Assembly: GCF_011386835.1 (NCBI RefSeq)
Contig: NC_088794.1
Location: forward strand, 1,984,001 to 2,048,000
Direction: 5' to 3'
Length of the DNA: 64,000 nt
Source: Chrysemys picta bellii
Taxonomy: Eukaryota
In this document: positions 35,844 through 47,265 of the stretch, piece after piece
Layout of the letters: every line of letters starts with the position of its first letter
How positions within the stretch are numbered: position 1 is the first letter of the stretch
Translations under genes and position numbers: made by a program
The notes under the pieces: generated by a model
Databases searched by the model: none
Told to the model about the DNA's origin: nothing
What the model saw: the letters and a program-made list of their open reading frames with translations, nothing else

Positions 35844-36391
35844 TGTTGGTGTCACTAGGCATCACCCTAGGTAACTCGGGGGGGGGTGAAAGACCACTAG
35901 AGTCGATAAAGCCCCCCCCGCACTAGGCCAAAGTGAACCAAAGCCCCTGCATGTTAAACTTTACTAACCTCATAGGCCAGCAGCTGGGAAGCAGGAGTAA
36001 TAAGGCCTGCATGCTTCTGGCTGAGAGGCAAGATAACAGATCAAAGGGAAAAGGACAAGATAACGGTTCAAAGAAGAGTTACTAACGAGCTAGACTTATA
36101 GCCGCCAAGATGACCTAACTGCTTAAATGTAATTGCTACTGCTTAATGTAACTACTGCAGAGGGAGGAAGGGGGAGGAAGGGGTGGAGGTAGGAAAGGGA
36201 AAGAAAAGAATAAAAAGGGAAAAACTGCTTGTCTCAGTGCACTTGATTTGAGACATGCTGGTCTCCTAGTGCCTATTCAGAGCTCTTGAATAAATTTTGT
36301 CTGCTTCTCCACCCTGGTGTGTTCATTGGCGCGAAGCACACCGGGCAACGAACACCGCTGTTGCCCCCTCGGGCCCTCTGTGCCGGCAACA
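35844..36391 (+). mobile_element. ERV solo LTR (548 bp)
   Basis: Termini TGTTG...CAACA, perfect 4-bp TSD ATGT (35840-35843 and 36392-36395), AATAAA near 36209 and 36289. Confidence 0.85.
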
Positions 36392-37294
36392 ATGTTGGCA
36401 TCTGTCACGGATTGTTCTGTGTTAGCCTCTGCCCTCTAATTGGGCAACTGAGGTTGCACCATATTATTGTCTTCCCCTGACTGCTCACCCAGGATGACAT
36501 TGGCTTCGTGTCGCTCCTCCCATTGATCAATGGACATCCCCCCTTACTGGTTGCCCAGGATGGTGGTGGTGGTACCATTATGGCGTCTGTCCCTTGACTG
36601 GCCCAGGATGCCACTGGGTTGGCATCTGTTACCTCAGTAACTAGGTGGGATATCTTGGTGTTGTGATCCATCTCCTCAAAAGGTGCCTGGAGCAGCTCAG
36701 CACTGGTGTGTCTTCCCTCGGTCAGTGTCTCTTTCTGTCTTGAGCACTTGGAACAGAGGCCGACTGACAATGGCAACTCTACATTGGCGTCTGTCCTGAC
36801 TGGTCACCCAGAATGGCAGTGTGTTAGCATCTGTCCTCTTATTGGGCCACCAGGGCAGTACCACATCTATCCTCTAGTTGGTCGCCCAGGATAGCACTGT
36901 GTTTAGCCTCTGTCCTCTCATTGGGCAACAGAGATGATACCATGTTGGCATCTGCCCCTGATTGGTCACTGAAGATGGTGGTGGGCTGGCATCTCTCCCC
37001 TCGCTGGATGTAGGAGCTGCTGATGGCAGCTGGCTGGCATCCCTCTCCTTGCTGGGCACGGGCACTGACACCCAGTTGGCATCTATTTCCTCAATGGGCA
37101 GGGAAGTTATTGATAGTGCCGCTGGGCTGACATCTCTACCCTGACTGGCAGGGCCATAATGCCCTGTTGGTGTCTCCCCCCATGACTGGACACAGGAGGA
37201 TGGCGGCGGTGCCGGGCAGCATCTCTTCCCTTGGCAGCGGTGGGCTTAGCACCGTCTCTTCCTTCAGTGTCTGTCCTCTGGGTCTCTCTCCCTC

Positions 37295-38380
37295 AGGCCA
37301 GCATCTCTCTCCCCCGGACCGGGCCGGGCCAGGCCAGCGTCTCTCTCCCTTGGGCCAGCATCTCTCTCTGCCCCGGGCCGGGCCGGCGTCTCTCTCTCTC
37401 TGCCCCGGGCCGGGCCGGCGTCTCTCTCTCTCTCTCTGCCCCGGGCCGGGCCGGCGTCTCTCTCTCTCTCTCTCTGCCCCGGGCCGGGGTCTCTCTCTCT
37501 CTCTCTGCCCCGGGCCGGGGTCTCTCTCTCTCTCTCTGCCCTGGGCCGGGCCGGGCCAGCGTCTCTCTCTCTCTCTCTGCCCTGGGCCGGGCCGGGGTCT
37601 CTCTCTCTCTCTCTGCCCCGGGCCGGGCCGGGGTCTCTCTCTCTCTCTCTGCCCCGGGCCGGGGTCTCTCTCTCTCTCTCTGCCCCAGGCCGGGGTCTCT
37701 CTCTCTCTCTCTGCCCCGGGCCGGGGTCTCTCTCTCTCTGCCCTGGGCCGGGCCGGGCCGGCGTCTCTCTCTCTCTGCCCCGGGCCGGGCCGGCGTCTCT
37801 CTCTCTCTGCCCTGGGCCGGGCCGGCGTCTCTCTCTCTCTCTCTCTGCCCCGGGCCGGGCCGGCGTCTCTCTCTCTCTGCCCTGGGCCGGGCCGGGCCGG
37901 CGTCTCTCTCTCTCTCTCTGCCCCGGGCCGGGCCGGGGTCTCTCTCTCTCTCTCTGCCCCGGGCCGGGCCGGGGTCTCTCTCTCTCTGCCCCGGGCCGGG
38001 CCGGGGTCTCTCTCTCTCTGCCCCGGGCTGGGCCGGCGTCTCTCTCTCTCTCTGCCCCGGGCCGGGCCGGCGTCTCTCTCTCTCTCTGCCCCGGGCCGGG
38101 CCGGCGTCTCTCTCTCTCTCTCTCTGCCCCGGGCCGGGCCGGCGTCTCTCTCTCTCTGCCCTGGGCCGGGCCGGCGTCTCTCTCTCTCTGCCCCGGGCCG
38201 GGCCGGCGTCTCTCTCTCTCTGCCCCCGGCCGGTGTCTCTCTCTCTCTGCCCCCGGCCGGTGTCTCTCTCTCTCTGCCCCGGGCCGGCGTCTCTCTCTCT
38301 CTCTGCCCCGGGCCGGGCCGGCGTCTCTCTCTCTCTCTGCCCCGGGCCGGGCCGGCGTCTCTCTCTCTCTCTGCCCCAGG
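37295..38380. repeat. Composite repeat (ccccgggccgggccggcg plus (CT)n)
   Basis: About 30 units with variable CT tract length. Confidence 0.93.
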
Positions 38381-38469
38381 CCGGGTCAGCGTGTGGTGGC
38401 GGCCGGCCTGGGGCTGGGGTCACCCTGACGGAGGGGCACTGGGAGCTGCCTGCCTTCCCCCCAGCATGA

Positions 38470-39120
38470 GCCTTTGGCCGCCATTTTGTTCCCTCGCCCA
38501 TCCTGCCCCCAGCCTCGACCGCATTTGAAAAGCGCGCGCTACACGTGGCCAACGGTCCTAACGTTCGCGGACTGCTGAGAACAGAATGCGCATGCGCCTT
38601 ACGGGACTCTGGCCGCTTTCCAAGAGTAGCAGCCCACTTGCGTTATGCGCATGCGCCCGCTGATACGGTTTCCCCGCCTTCTCCCCTATGTTATGAGCAT
38701 GCGCACCATTCTCTCGACGGCCTGATGATGCTATGCGCATGCGCGCGCTCCCTTGCTTCAGCCGCCTAGGTTTGCGTTCTGCACATGCGCGGCCGGAGGA
38801 CCTTCACGGCCGGAGACCTCCCCCCTCCTTTCCGTAACCGCCCAGTTAATTGTTCTGCGCATGCGCCGACTCGGAAACGCTTCCTTTGCCGCAGTCCTGT
38901 CTTCCCTCTGCGCATGCGAGTCAATGGACCCTCCTTCCAGGGGGCGGGGCGAGGACGGGTACCCGGATGAACATGCCAGGCCCGGCGCGCATGCGCGGTG
39001 CGGGTCTCTCTGGCTCAGTGCGGCGGGGAACTGGCCTGGCGGGCGGCGCTGGGAGCTGGGTGGGGGGAGCAGGGAGGGGCCGGGCCTCGCCCCACCCCCC
39101 GCACGGGGCGGGCAGGGCAG
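38470..39120 (+). promoter_or_regulatory. KCTD13 CpG-island promoter and probable non-coding exon 1
   Basis: About 8 GCGCATGCGC-type (NRF1) motifs in 38587-38998, CCGCCATTTT at ~38478, and donor CAG|GTGAG at 39120/39121. Confidence 0.7.
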
Positions 39121-39409
39121 GTGAGAGCGGCGGCGCGAGCCAGGGGTCAAAGGGCAGGGAGGGGGCAGTGCTCTGGCCAGAGGGGTCAAGGGGCGAAGAG
39201 GGGGCGGGGTTGTGTGTCGAAGGGAGGGGCGGGGCCGTGGGCAGAGGGGGTCAAAGGGCGTGGCTGTGGGTAGGGGGGGCGGGTCAAAGGGCGGGCCCAT
39301 GGCCAGAGAGTGGGGGTGGGGGTCAAAGGGCGGCGATCTCCTAGGGCTAGGGGTCAGCCCCTGACCAGAGGGGCTGATTCTGCGGGGGGAGGGGTGTACA
39401 CCCAGGTAA

Positions 39410-39664
39410 GGCCATGTCTACACTTACAGTCTTCCAGCAGCACAGCTGCACTGGGAGCGCGCGTGGGGCTGCGTTACGCCGGAGACGCGTGAGAGCTCGC
39501 CCGGCGACGTAATCAAAACAGCTGTACCTGTGTCGGGGCGAGAGTCTGCTGCTGCTGTAGCGCTGGGCACACAAGCGTTTGTGCTGACACAACTTACGTC
39601 GCTGGGGTGGAGGGGGTGTCTTTTCACACCCTTGAGTGACGTAAGTGCTAGTGTAGACGTGGCC
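39410..39664. mobile_element. PIF/Harbinger-type MITE (255 bp)
   Basis: TIRs GGCCATGTCTACACT / AGTGTAGACGTGGCC with a TAA target duplication on both sides. Confidence 0.85.
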
Positions 39665-39802
39665 TAACTGGGGTCGGGGGCAAATGTCAAGTGAGCCAAG
39701 CTGGACACAGGGAGCCTAAGTGGGGAGGGGGGCCCGGATATGGGGAGAGGATCCCGATTCATCCCCTTCTGCTTTTCCCGCCCCTCCCTGCTGCAGGTGG
39801 AG

Positions 39803-42137
39803 ATGTCGGCCGAGGCCACGACGGCCCCGCTCCCAGCCCCCGAGGCCTGTGCCCCTGTGGTGCCCATGCAGCATCAGCCTACGGGGGGAGCGGTGGGTGT
39901 GACCTTTGACCTAAAGCCCTTGAATCCCAGCAGCAAGTATGTGAAGTTGAACGTGGGGGGATCCCTGCACTACACCACGGTGCAGACCCTCACCAAGCAG
40001 GACACCATGCTCAAGGCCATGTTCAGCGGGAGAATGGAAGTGCTCACTGACAGCGAAGGTACCTGCCCTGCTCTCTGCAGCACCCCTGATGGGAGAGGCC
40101 GAGGCTGGAGTAGCCGGGAGCTCCCTCCATACCCAGGGCTCCAGCCCCCCTCTGCTGGGAGAGGCCCTACATCCTTTTATCTCTTCCTCTCTTCAGGCTG
40201 GATCCTGATCGACCGCAGCGGGCGTCACTTCGGCACCATCCTCAACTACCTGCGGGATGGCTCTGTCTCGCTCCCGGAGTCGCAGCGGGAGCTGGAGGAG
40301 GTGCTGTCCGAGGCACGGTACTACCTCATCCAGGGCCTGGTGGAGGACTGCCAGCTCGCTCTGCAGGTAGGGACCCAGTGGGGGTGGGGTCACTGAGGGC
40401 TCTGGGATTCTCCTGCTGTGGGCGTAGGGATACCTGGGGGCAAGGCTATGCCATGGGGATGGGGTCACTAAGGGAGTCATGGGTCACAGGAGGCTGCAGT
40501 GACCTTGCTGATCTCTTCGTCCTAGCAAAAGAGCGATGCCTATGATCCTCTGTGTCTCATTCCCATGGTGACATCCCCCAAGGAGGAGCAGCAGATCATC
40601 TCCAGCTGCTCCAAGGTGAGAGAGGCGGGCAGGGCCTCCCTTATTGGTCTTTCCAGCCCCCCCAGGATCACCCTCTGTGCTGACACCTCCCAGCCTTCTC
40701 CCTCCCCTTTGGCACGAAGTTACGCTGAGCGACTTGTATGAATCCAGCCTCATTTCCTGTCTCTCGGTTTTTTTCCAGCCAGTGGTGAAATTGTTGCATA
40801 ACAGAAGTAACAACAAGTATTCGTATACCAGGTAATCCAACGCTCCTGACCTGCTCCCTGCAGCACCCCCTGCTGGGAGAGGCTGGGGCTGGAGTAGAAG
40901 TGAGTTCCCCCCAGCCCGTGCCCCTCCCCCTCCTCACAGCACCCCCTGCTGGGAGAGGCCGGGTCTGGAGTTGTTGGGAGCTCCCCCTAGCCCGTGCCCC
41001 TCCCCCTCCTCACAGCACCCCCTGCTGGGAGGGGCCGGGGCTGAAGTAGCCAGGAGCTCCCCTAGAGCCAGTGCTCCTGCCCCATTGCCCAGACCACCCC
41101 CTGCTGGGCTGGAGGACCTGGGAGCCCTCCCCATCCACGAGGTCTCTTCTCCGCAGTAACTCGGATGATAACCTGCTGAAGAACATTGAGCTGTTTGACA
41201 AGCTGGCGCTGCGCTTCAACGGGCGGGTCCTCTTCATCAAGGACGTGCTGGGGGACGAGATCTGCTGCTGGTCCTTCTATGGGCAGGGCCGCAAAATTGC
41301 CGAGGTCTGCTGCACCTCCATCGTCTACGCCACCGAGAAGAAGCAGACCAAGGTACCCCTGGGCCCTCGCACTTAGTACGTTCCATGAGAAAATTGCCCC
41401 GCAGCACATTGGTCTATTCCAAGGATATACGTGAATCTCTCTTATAATGTTAGCACATGGTATGTTCCGAGGCAGTGTGGGTGGCCCCCCTCTCTCTGCT
41501 GTCACATGGACTCTTGGTATGATCCAGTACCCCTTGTCACCTTCATATTTGGTATGATCCGATGCCATCAGAGCAGTCCCCTCTTCTCCAGTCACATGAG
41601 CACTTGATATGGTCCAACACCATGTGGGTACCCCCCCCTGCATCATACTCTCACTTGGTATGGTCCTAGGCCATGTCCAATGCCACCAGCTGGTTCCCCC
41701 CATCTGTGGTTTTTCTTGGTATTTTCCATGGGTAGTCCATTATACTAGGTATATTCCAAGACAACATGTGACTTTTCTCTCCCCCTCCCCACCTCCGTGC
41801 TTGGTAGCTTCCAAGGCCACATGGGCACTTGCTGGTGGGATTCTTTGAGGCTGTGGGGGGAGTGGCTTGTAACCAGCCTGACCTCTGACCCCCACAGGTG
41901 GAGTTCCCCGAGGCCCGGATCTTCGAGGAGACCCTGAACATTCTGATCTACGAGACCCCGCGGGTCCCCGACAAGGCGCTCCTGGAAGCGACGGGCGGGG
42001 CAGCCGGAGGAGGGGGCGGCCCCCACCGGGCTGACGAGGAGGATGGGCGGGAGCACCGCGTCCGGCGCATCCATGTCCGGCGCCACATCATGCACGACGA
42101 GCGTCCCCACGGCCACCAAGCCGTCTTCAAGGACTGA
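39803..42137 (+). CDS. KCTD13: BTB/POZ protein KCTD13 (BACURD1, Cullin-3 adaptor)
   Basis: Exons 39803-40058, 40197-40366, 40526-40615, 40779-40831, 41157-41352 and 41898-42137 are in one frame. MSAEA start, [42 protein letters not shown], and C-terminus [24 protein letters not shown]. Confidence 0.96.
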
Positions 42138-43566
42138 GCCCCACGGCCCCGTCCAGGTGCCAAACGGCGGGGGTGGGGCGCCCTGCCTCTCTGCCACACC
42201 CCCGCTGCCTCTCTGACCTTGACCCCTCTCCACTCTTTGGGATCTCTCTGCCTTGTGGCCTCTGACCCCTTTCTTCTCAGATTTGACTCCCCTGCAGTAG
42301 AAACCTGGGTAACGCCCTGGACTGCGCAGGGGAGAGGGACATGGGAGGGGGCTCCTCGGAGACCCCTCCTGCTTCTTAATTAATTACCTAGGCACCAACA
42401 CCCATGTTTAACGAGCCTAATTCCTTTGCTTTTGTGGGTGTGTGGAATACCTGGTCTGTCCCCCATCCTGCTCCATCCTGGATAGATACCTGTGCCACAG
42501 CTGTAGCTCTAACCCGGCCCGGCACTGCAGGTCAGGCCGGGATCAGTCACCCACTGCCCGCCGGGGGCGGGAGACAGCAGGGAGGCCAGTGCTGGCTTAT
42601 TGTGTGGTTAGGGGGGGTGGTTGAGTGGGGAGCTGCCAGCCCAGCCTTGCCCAGCAGGGGGCGCTGTGGGGTGGGGGGAGCTCCTGGCTACTCTAGCCCA
42701 GCCTTGCCCAGCAGGGGGCGCTGTGGGGAGTTCTGGCAGTGAGAGTTTTGCTGCCTGTCCCACCCTCCCTCCCTTGCTTCTGGGGGTGAGGGAGTGACCC
42801 CCACTTACCAGCCTCGATACTCTCCTTTCCTTGTCAAACTCATGGTATGTTCCAACCCACCAGACTTCACACCTCTTTTCTACACATGACATGGCCCAAC
42901 CCTAACCTTCCTACTCTGCTCTCCACGTAATACATGGTACAACCCCGCTACTGTCCTTACCACATACATGAAATTTACCTTTTCCCCAAAAAAATACAGG
43001 ATGCTTCTTACCTGCATTGGCTAAAAGACATGGTACACGCCAACCTACTGGGCCCCTCCCTTTCCCCACAAAATACAATGGAATGCACCACTCTGCTCCT
43101 CTGCCCCTGGCCAAATACAGTGGAATGCTCCATTCCCCTTCCAGCCTCCCAATAAAATGGGAGGTACCGATCCCCCGCAATAACATTTTGCTCAATCACC
43201 CAATATAAATTGGTACCTTCCAATCTCCTCCCCCTACAAACTACAATGGGATATTCCAACCTTACTCCAAATAATACAATGGGGTGTTCCAAGCCCCACC
43301 CCTCAAAATAAAATGGGACATTCCAACTTCCTTGTTAAAGATGTTCCAGTCCCCTTCCCTTACAAAATACAGTGGGATGCTCCAACCCCCATCCCAAATA
43401 AATTGGGATGTTCCAAAGCCCACAGAAAATACAATGGGGCAAATGGGGAGAGGCTGGGGGCCCCATCCTCCCCCCCACCCCGCATACCGCCGCCCTCCCT
43501 ACCTGTTATTGTCATGTTTGTATAATTTATTTTAACGGGGTTTTTGCTTTTCTATTAAATTATTGT

Positions 43567-43572
43567 AATAAA
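43567..43572 (+). terminator. Probable KCTD13 poly(A) signal AATAAA
   Basis: AATAAA at the end of a U-rich tract ~1.4 kb after the stop. Other AATAAA copies lie upstream within degenerate repeats. Confidence 0.55.
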
Positions 43573-44218
43573 GATTCCTGGGAAACATTGTCTCCTGGCC
43601 CAGTCCTGCCACCACCACTGGGGGGGCCCTAGGGCCGGGTGAGAACTAGCGCCCCCTAGAGGGGAGAGGCCCCAGATCCCATCCCCCACCCCCCTGCACC
43701 AGTCCTTGCCCTGGGGCGGGCTGGGAACCGGCGCCCCCTAGAGGGGAGAGATCCTGTATCCCATCCCCCACCCCCCCGCACCAGTCCATGCCCTGGGGCC
43801 GGGTGGGAACCGACGCCCCCTAGAGGGGAAAGGCCCCAAGTCCCATCCCCCAGGCCAGTCCCAGCGCTGAACCAGCCCCCCTTGGGCCCATCCTGGGCTC
43901 CATCTCTGGGTGATGGGGCCCTGACCTCTCGGGGGGCAGGCGGGGGTCTGGGCAGTGCCTGGCCCCAGACACAGCCGTGCTAAGTGCTGACACCGCAGGT
44001 GCTGAATGTTTTAATGAAGGGCTGGGGGCTTTGCAGAGAGTTCGGGTCCAAACAACACAGGGCCAAGGAAGCCATACACAGCGGGGCGGGAGACTTCGGG
44101 GCCCTGGGGCTGGATGGGAGCCGGTGGCCCCCAGAGGAAGTTCAGTGGGGCTGGCTCCAGCATGGTCTGTCCGTCCTGGGCACCGACCCGTCACCAGCGC
44201 CACAGGCTGGCCCAGCTC

Positions 44219-45924
44219 CTAGGGGCCAGGGGCAAAGATGTAATCCAGGGCCTGGCGCTCGGCCCCGGCCACGTTGGGGTGCCACAGATCCACGATGAAC
44301 AGCACGAGGGGCCCGTCCTCGGGGGGACCTGGGAAAGATGCTGGGCTCAGAGGTGCCCCTCACTCCCGACCCGCGGCCCCTGCTAGCCCAGCCCTGCCCC
44401 CGCCCAGCTCTGCCGGTGCCCCTCACTCCCGACCCGCGGCCCCTGCTAGCCCAGCCGTGCCCCTCAGCTCTGCCGGTGCCCCTCACTCCCGACCCGCGGC
44501 CCCTGCCAGCCCAGCCCTGCCCCCCCCAGCTCTGCCGGTGCCCCTCACTCCCGACCCGCGGCCCCTGCTAGCCCAGCCCTGCCCCCCCAGCTCTGCCGGT
44601 GCCCCTCACTCCCGACCCGCGGCCCCTGCTAGCCCAGCCCTGCCTCCCCAGCTCTGCCGGTGCCCCTCACTCCCGACCCGCGGCCCCTGCTAGCCCAGCC
44701 CTGCCCCCCTAGCTCTGCCGGTGCCCCTCACTCCCGACCCGCGGCCCCTGCTAGCCCAGCCCTGCCCCCCCAGCTCTGCCGGTGCCCCTCACTCCCGACC
44801 CGCGGCCCCTGCTAGCCCAGCCCTGCCCCCCCCAGCTCTGCCGGTGCCCCTCACTCCCGACCCGCGGCCCCTGCCAGCCCAGCCCTGGACTCCCCCCAGC
44901 CCTGGGCCCCCCAGCTGTGCTGGTGCCCCTCACCATTATGCGCGGTCGTGTGCAGGAAGGAGTCGTCCAGCAGGAGGCAGTGTCCCTCGGACCAGCACTG
45001 GGGCTCGCCCCCCACCACCAGCTCACAGCCTGGGGGCACCGTCAGCCCTGCAGTGGGAACAGGTTGATTGGAGGGGAAAGGCCCCGGGTCAGTTCCACAC
45101 CCCCTGAGCCAGCCAGGCGCCACCTTGGGGCTGGATCAGAGCCAGTGCCCCCTGCAGGGGAAGGGCCCCGCACTCCGTTCCCCGCACCCTGGTGCCCCCT
45201 GGAGGGGGTGGGCCCCGCGCCCCGTTCCCGTACCCAGGTGGCAACGCAGGCGGACGTTGGTGGGCCCGTAGCGCCCGGGCAGGATGGTGCCTGGCTGCAG
45301 GACGCTGAAGCAGGCGTTGCCGAAGCGGTTGGCGCTGACGAAGGTGCGCAGGGCGGCCAGGGTGCGGTAGGTGCGGGGGCAGGCCCGGCAGTGCTGCGGC
45401 TGACACATGCCCCGGCGGTAGAGGTAGAAGCGCTGGCAGGGGCCGGGCGTCCAGCCTCGGGCGGCGCCCCCGGCCACGCCCTGGTACTCCCGCAGGATGG
45501 CGGGGCAGGCGCGCTCCAGCAGCTCGGCGTCGTGCCGCTGGGCATCCCGCGGGAAGCAGGGGGCCGAGGGCAGCTCGGGCAGGTGGAAGACACGGGGGCT
45601 CTGGATGGCCGGGCGCCCGGGTCGCAGCTCCTCCCGCAGGGCCTTGCGCACCCGTCCCATGCCCGCCCACGAGTACCGCTGGGCATAGGCCCGCAGGCTC
45701 CGGTGCAGCCGCCCGGCCCCCGGGGGCAGGCTCGGGGCTGGGCGCCCCCCGCCCGGCGGCGGCCCCGCCGGCACCCGCTCGCTGCCCACCCGGTAGCAGT
45801 ACCAGACGAAGAGCAGGGCCAGCCAGGCCAGCAGCGCCAGTGCCGGCTCGGGGCCGGGGCGCCAAGGGGGGGCGGCCGGCAGCAGGGTGGAGAAAAACCC
45901 GTCCAGCGCCCCGGGGCACGCCAT
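44219..45924 (-). CDS. ASPHD1: Aspartate beta-hydroxylase domain-containing protein 1 (~304 aa)
   Basis: Exons 45234-45924, 44934-45047 and 44219-44328 total 915 nt in one frame. [60 protein letters not shown], and [24 protein letters not shown]. Confidence 0.94.
44350..44885. repeat. Dispersed minisatellite family copy in ASPHD1 intron 2
   Basis: Same unit as 29400-30090, with a gcggcccctgc variant. Confidence 0.9.
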
Positions 45925-46769
45925 CGCCCCTGGCCCCTTCGCTGCCCCTCTCCCCACTGCCCCTCCCCCCTCCTCAGTGCCCCCTGCCCCTCCCCCTTCC
46001 CCTGTGCCCCCTGCCCAGTGCCCCTGCCCCTCCCCTTCCTCCGTGCCCCCTGCCCCCTCCTCTGCCCCTCCCCCCTCGCAGTGCCCCCTGCCCCTCCCCG
46101 TGCTCAGTGCCCCTCCCCACCTCAGTGCCCCCTGCCCCTCCCCCTTCCTCCGTGCCCCCTGCCCCCTCCTCTGCCCCTCCCCGTGCTCAGTGCCCCTCCC
46201 CCACCTCCGCGCCCCCTCCCCCCGCGCAGTGCCCCCCCCCCCGCAGTGCCCCGCTCCCGGCCGCCCGGAGGATGCTGCTGCCGCTGCTGGACCCGCTTCG
46301 GCTCCGGCCGGATCCTCCCCCCGCCCCCCCCGCACGGAGTGACGCAAACAGCGGGGCCGCGCCCCCCCCCCGCCCTAAGTCCCCCCCCCGGGGCCGCGCC
46401 CCCCCTCCCCCCGCCGTCTCTGGAGGTTTGGGTCTGATGGGGGCAGTGACCCATCCTGCCCCCCCCCCCCGAACAGCTGGGACTCGGGAGCCTGGATCTG
46501 GGGTTGTGAGGAAGTGGGGGGGGGTTCTTGTTTTCGGGGGGGTTCAATGGTTGCAGGCAGAGGGGGTGGGACTCAGTTTCCCTGGGTGCTGCTGGTTTAA
46601 CGAGGGGAGGGGAGATGGAGTGTGTTCTGCAGAGGGCCGGAGAGAGGACGTGGGGACCCAGCCGGTGGCCGGGAGGATGGAGATCCCGGAGGCCCAGCTG
46701 AGGAGACGCACACGGGATCAGGACAGGTCCGGGCTCCCGGGCCAGCACAGTCCCCGGGGGGGCGCGGAC

Positions 46770-47265
46770 CGGGGTCTCCCCCAGCGGGGTACAGCCGCGG
46801 GGCTCGGACCGGGGTCTCTCCCAGTGGGGCTCAGACCGGGGTCTCCCCCAGCGAGGCACGGCCGAGGGGCTCAGACCGGGGTCTCCCCCAGCAGGGCATG
46901 GCCGAAGGGCTCCCCCAGCGGGGCGCAGCCGAGGGGCTCGGACCGGGGTCTCTCCCAGTGGGGCTCGGACCGGGGTCTCCCCCAGCGGGGTGCGGCCAAG
47001 GGGCTTGGACCGGGGTCTCCCCCAGCGGGGTATAGCCGAGGGGCTCGGACCGGGGTCTCCCCCAGCTGGGCGCGGCCGAAGGGCTCAGACCGGGGTCTCT
47101 CCCAGTGGGGCTTGGACCGGAGTCTCTCCCGGCGGGGCGCGGCCGAGGGGCTCTCCCAGTGGGACTTGGACCAGGGACTCTCCCACTGGGGATCGGACTG
47201 GGGTCTCTCCCAGTGGGGCGCGGCCGAGGGGCTCGGACCGGGGTCTCTCCCGGCGGGGCTGGTCT
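46770..47265. repeat. ~40-bp minisatellite (ggggctcggaccggggtctcccccagcggggcgcggccga)
   Basis: About 12 degenerate units. Confidence 0.85.

Noticed and set aside
34083-35855. Several 300-490 aa ORFs
   Set aside because: They come from a CpG-rich minisatellite and are open on both strands.
37167-38552. Ser/Leu-rich and Arg/Glu-rich ORFs
   Set aside because: They are translations of the (CT)n composite repeat.
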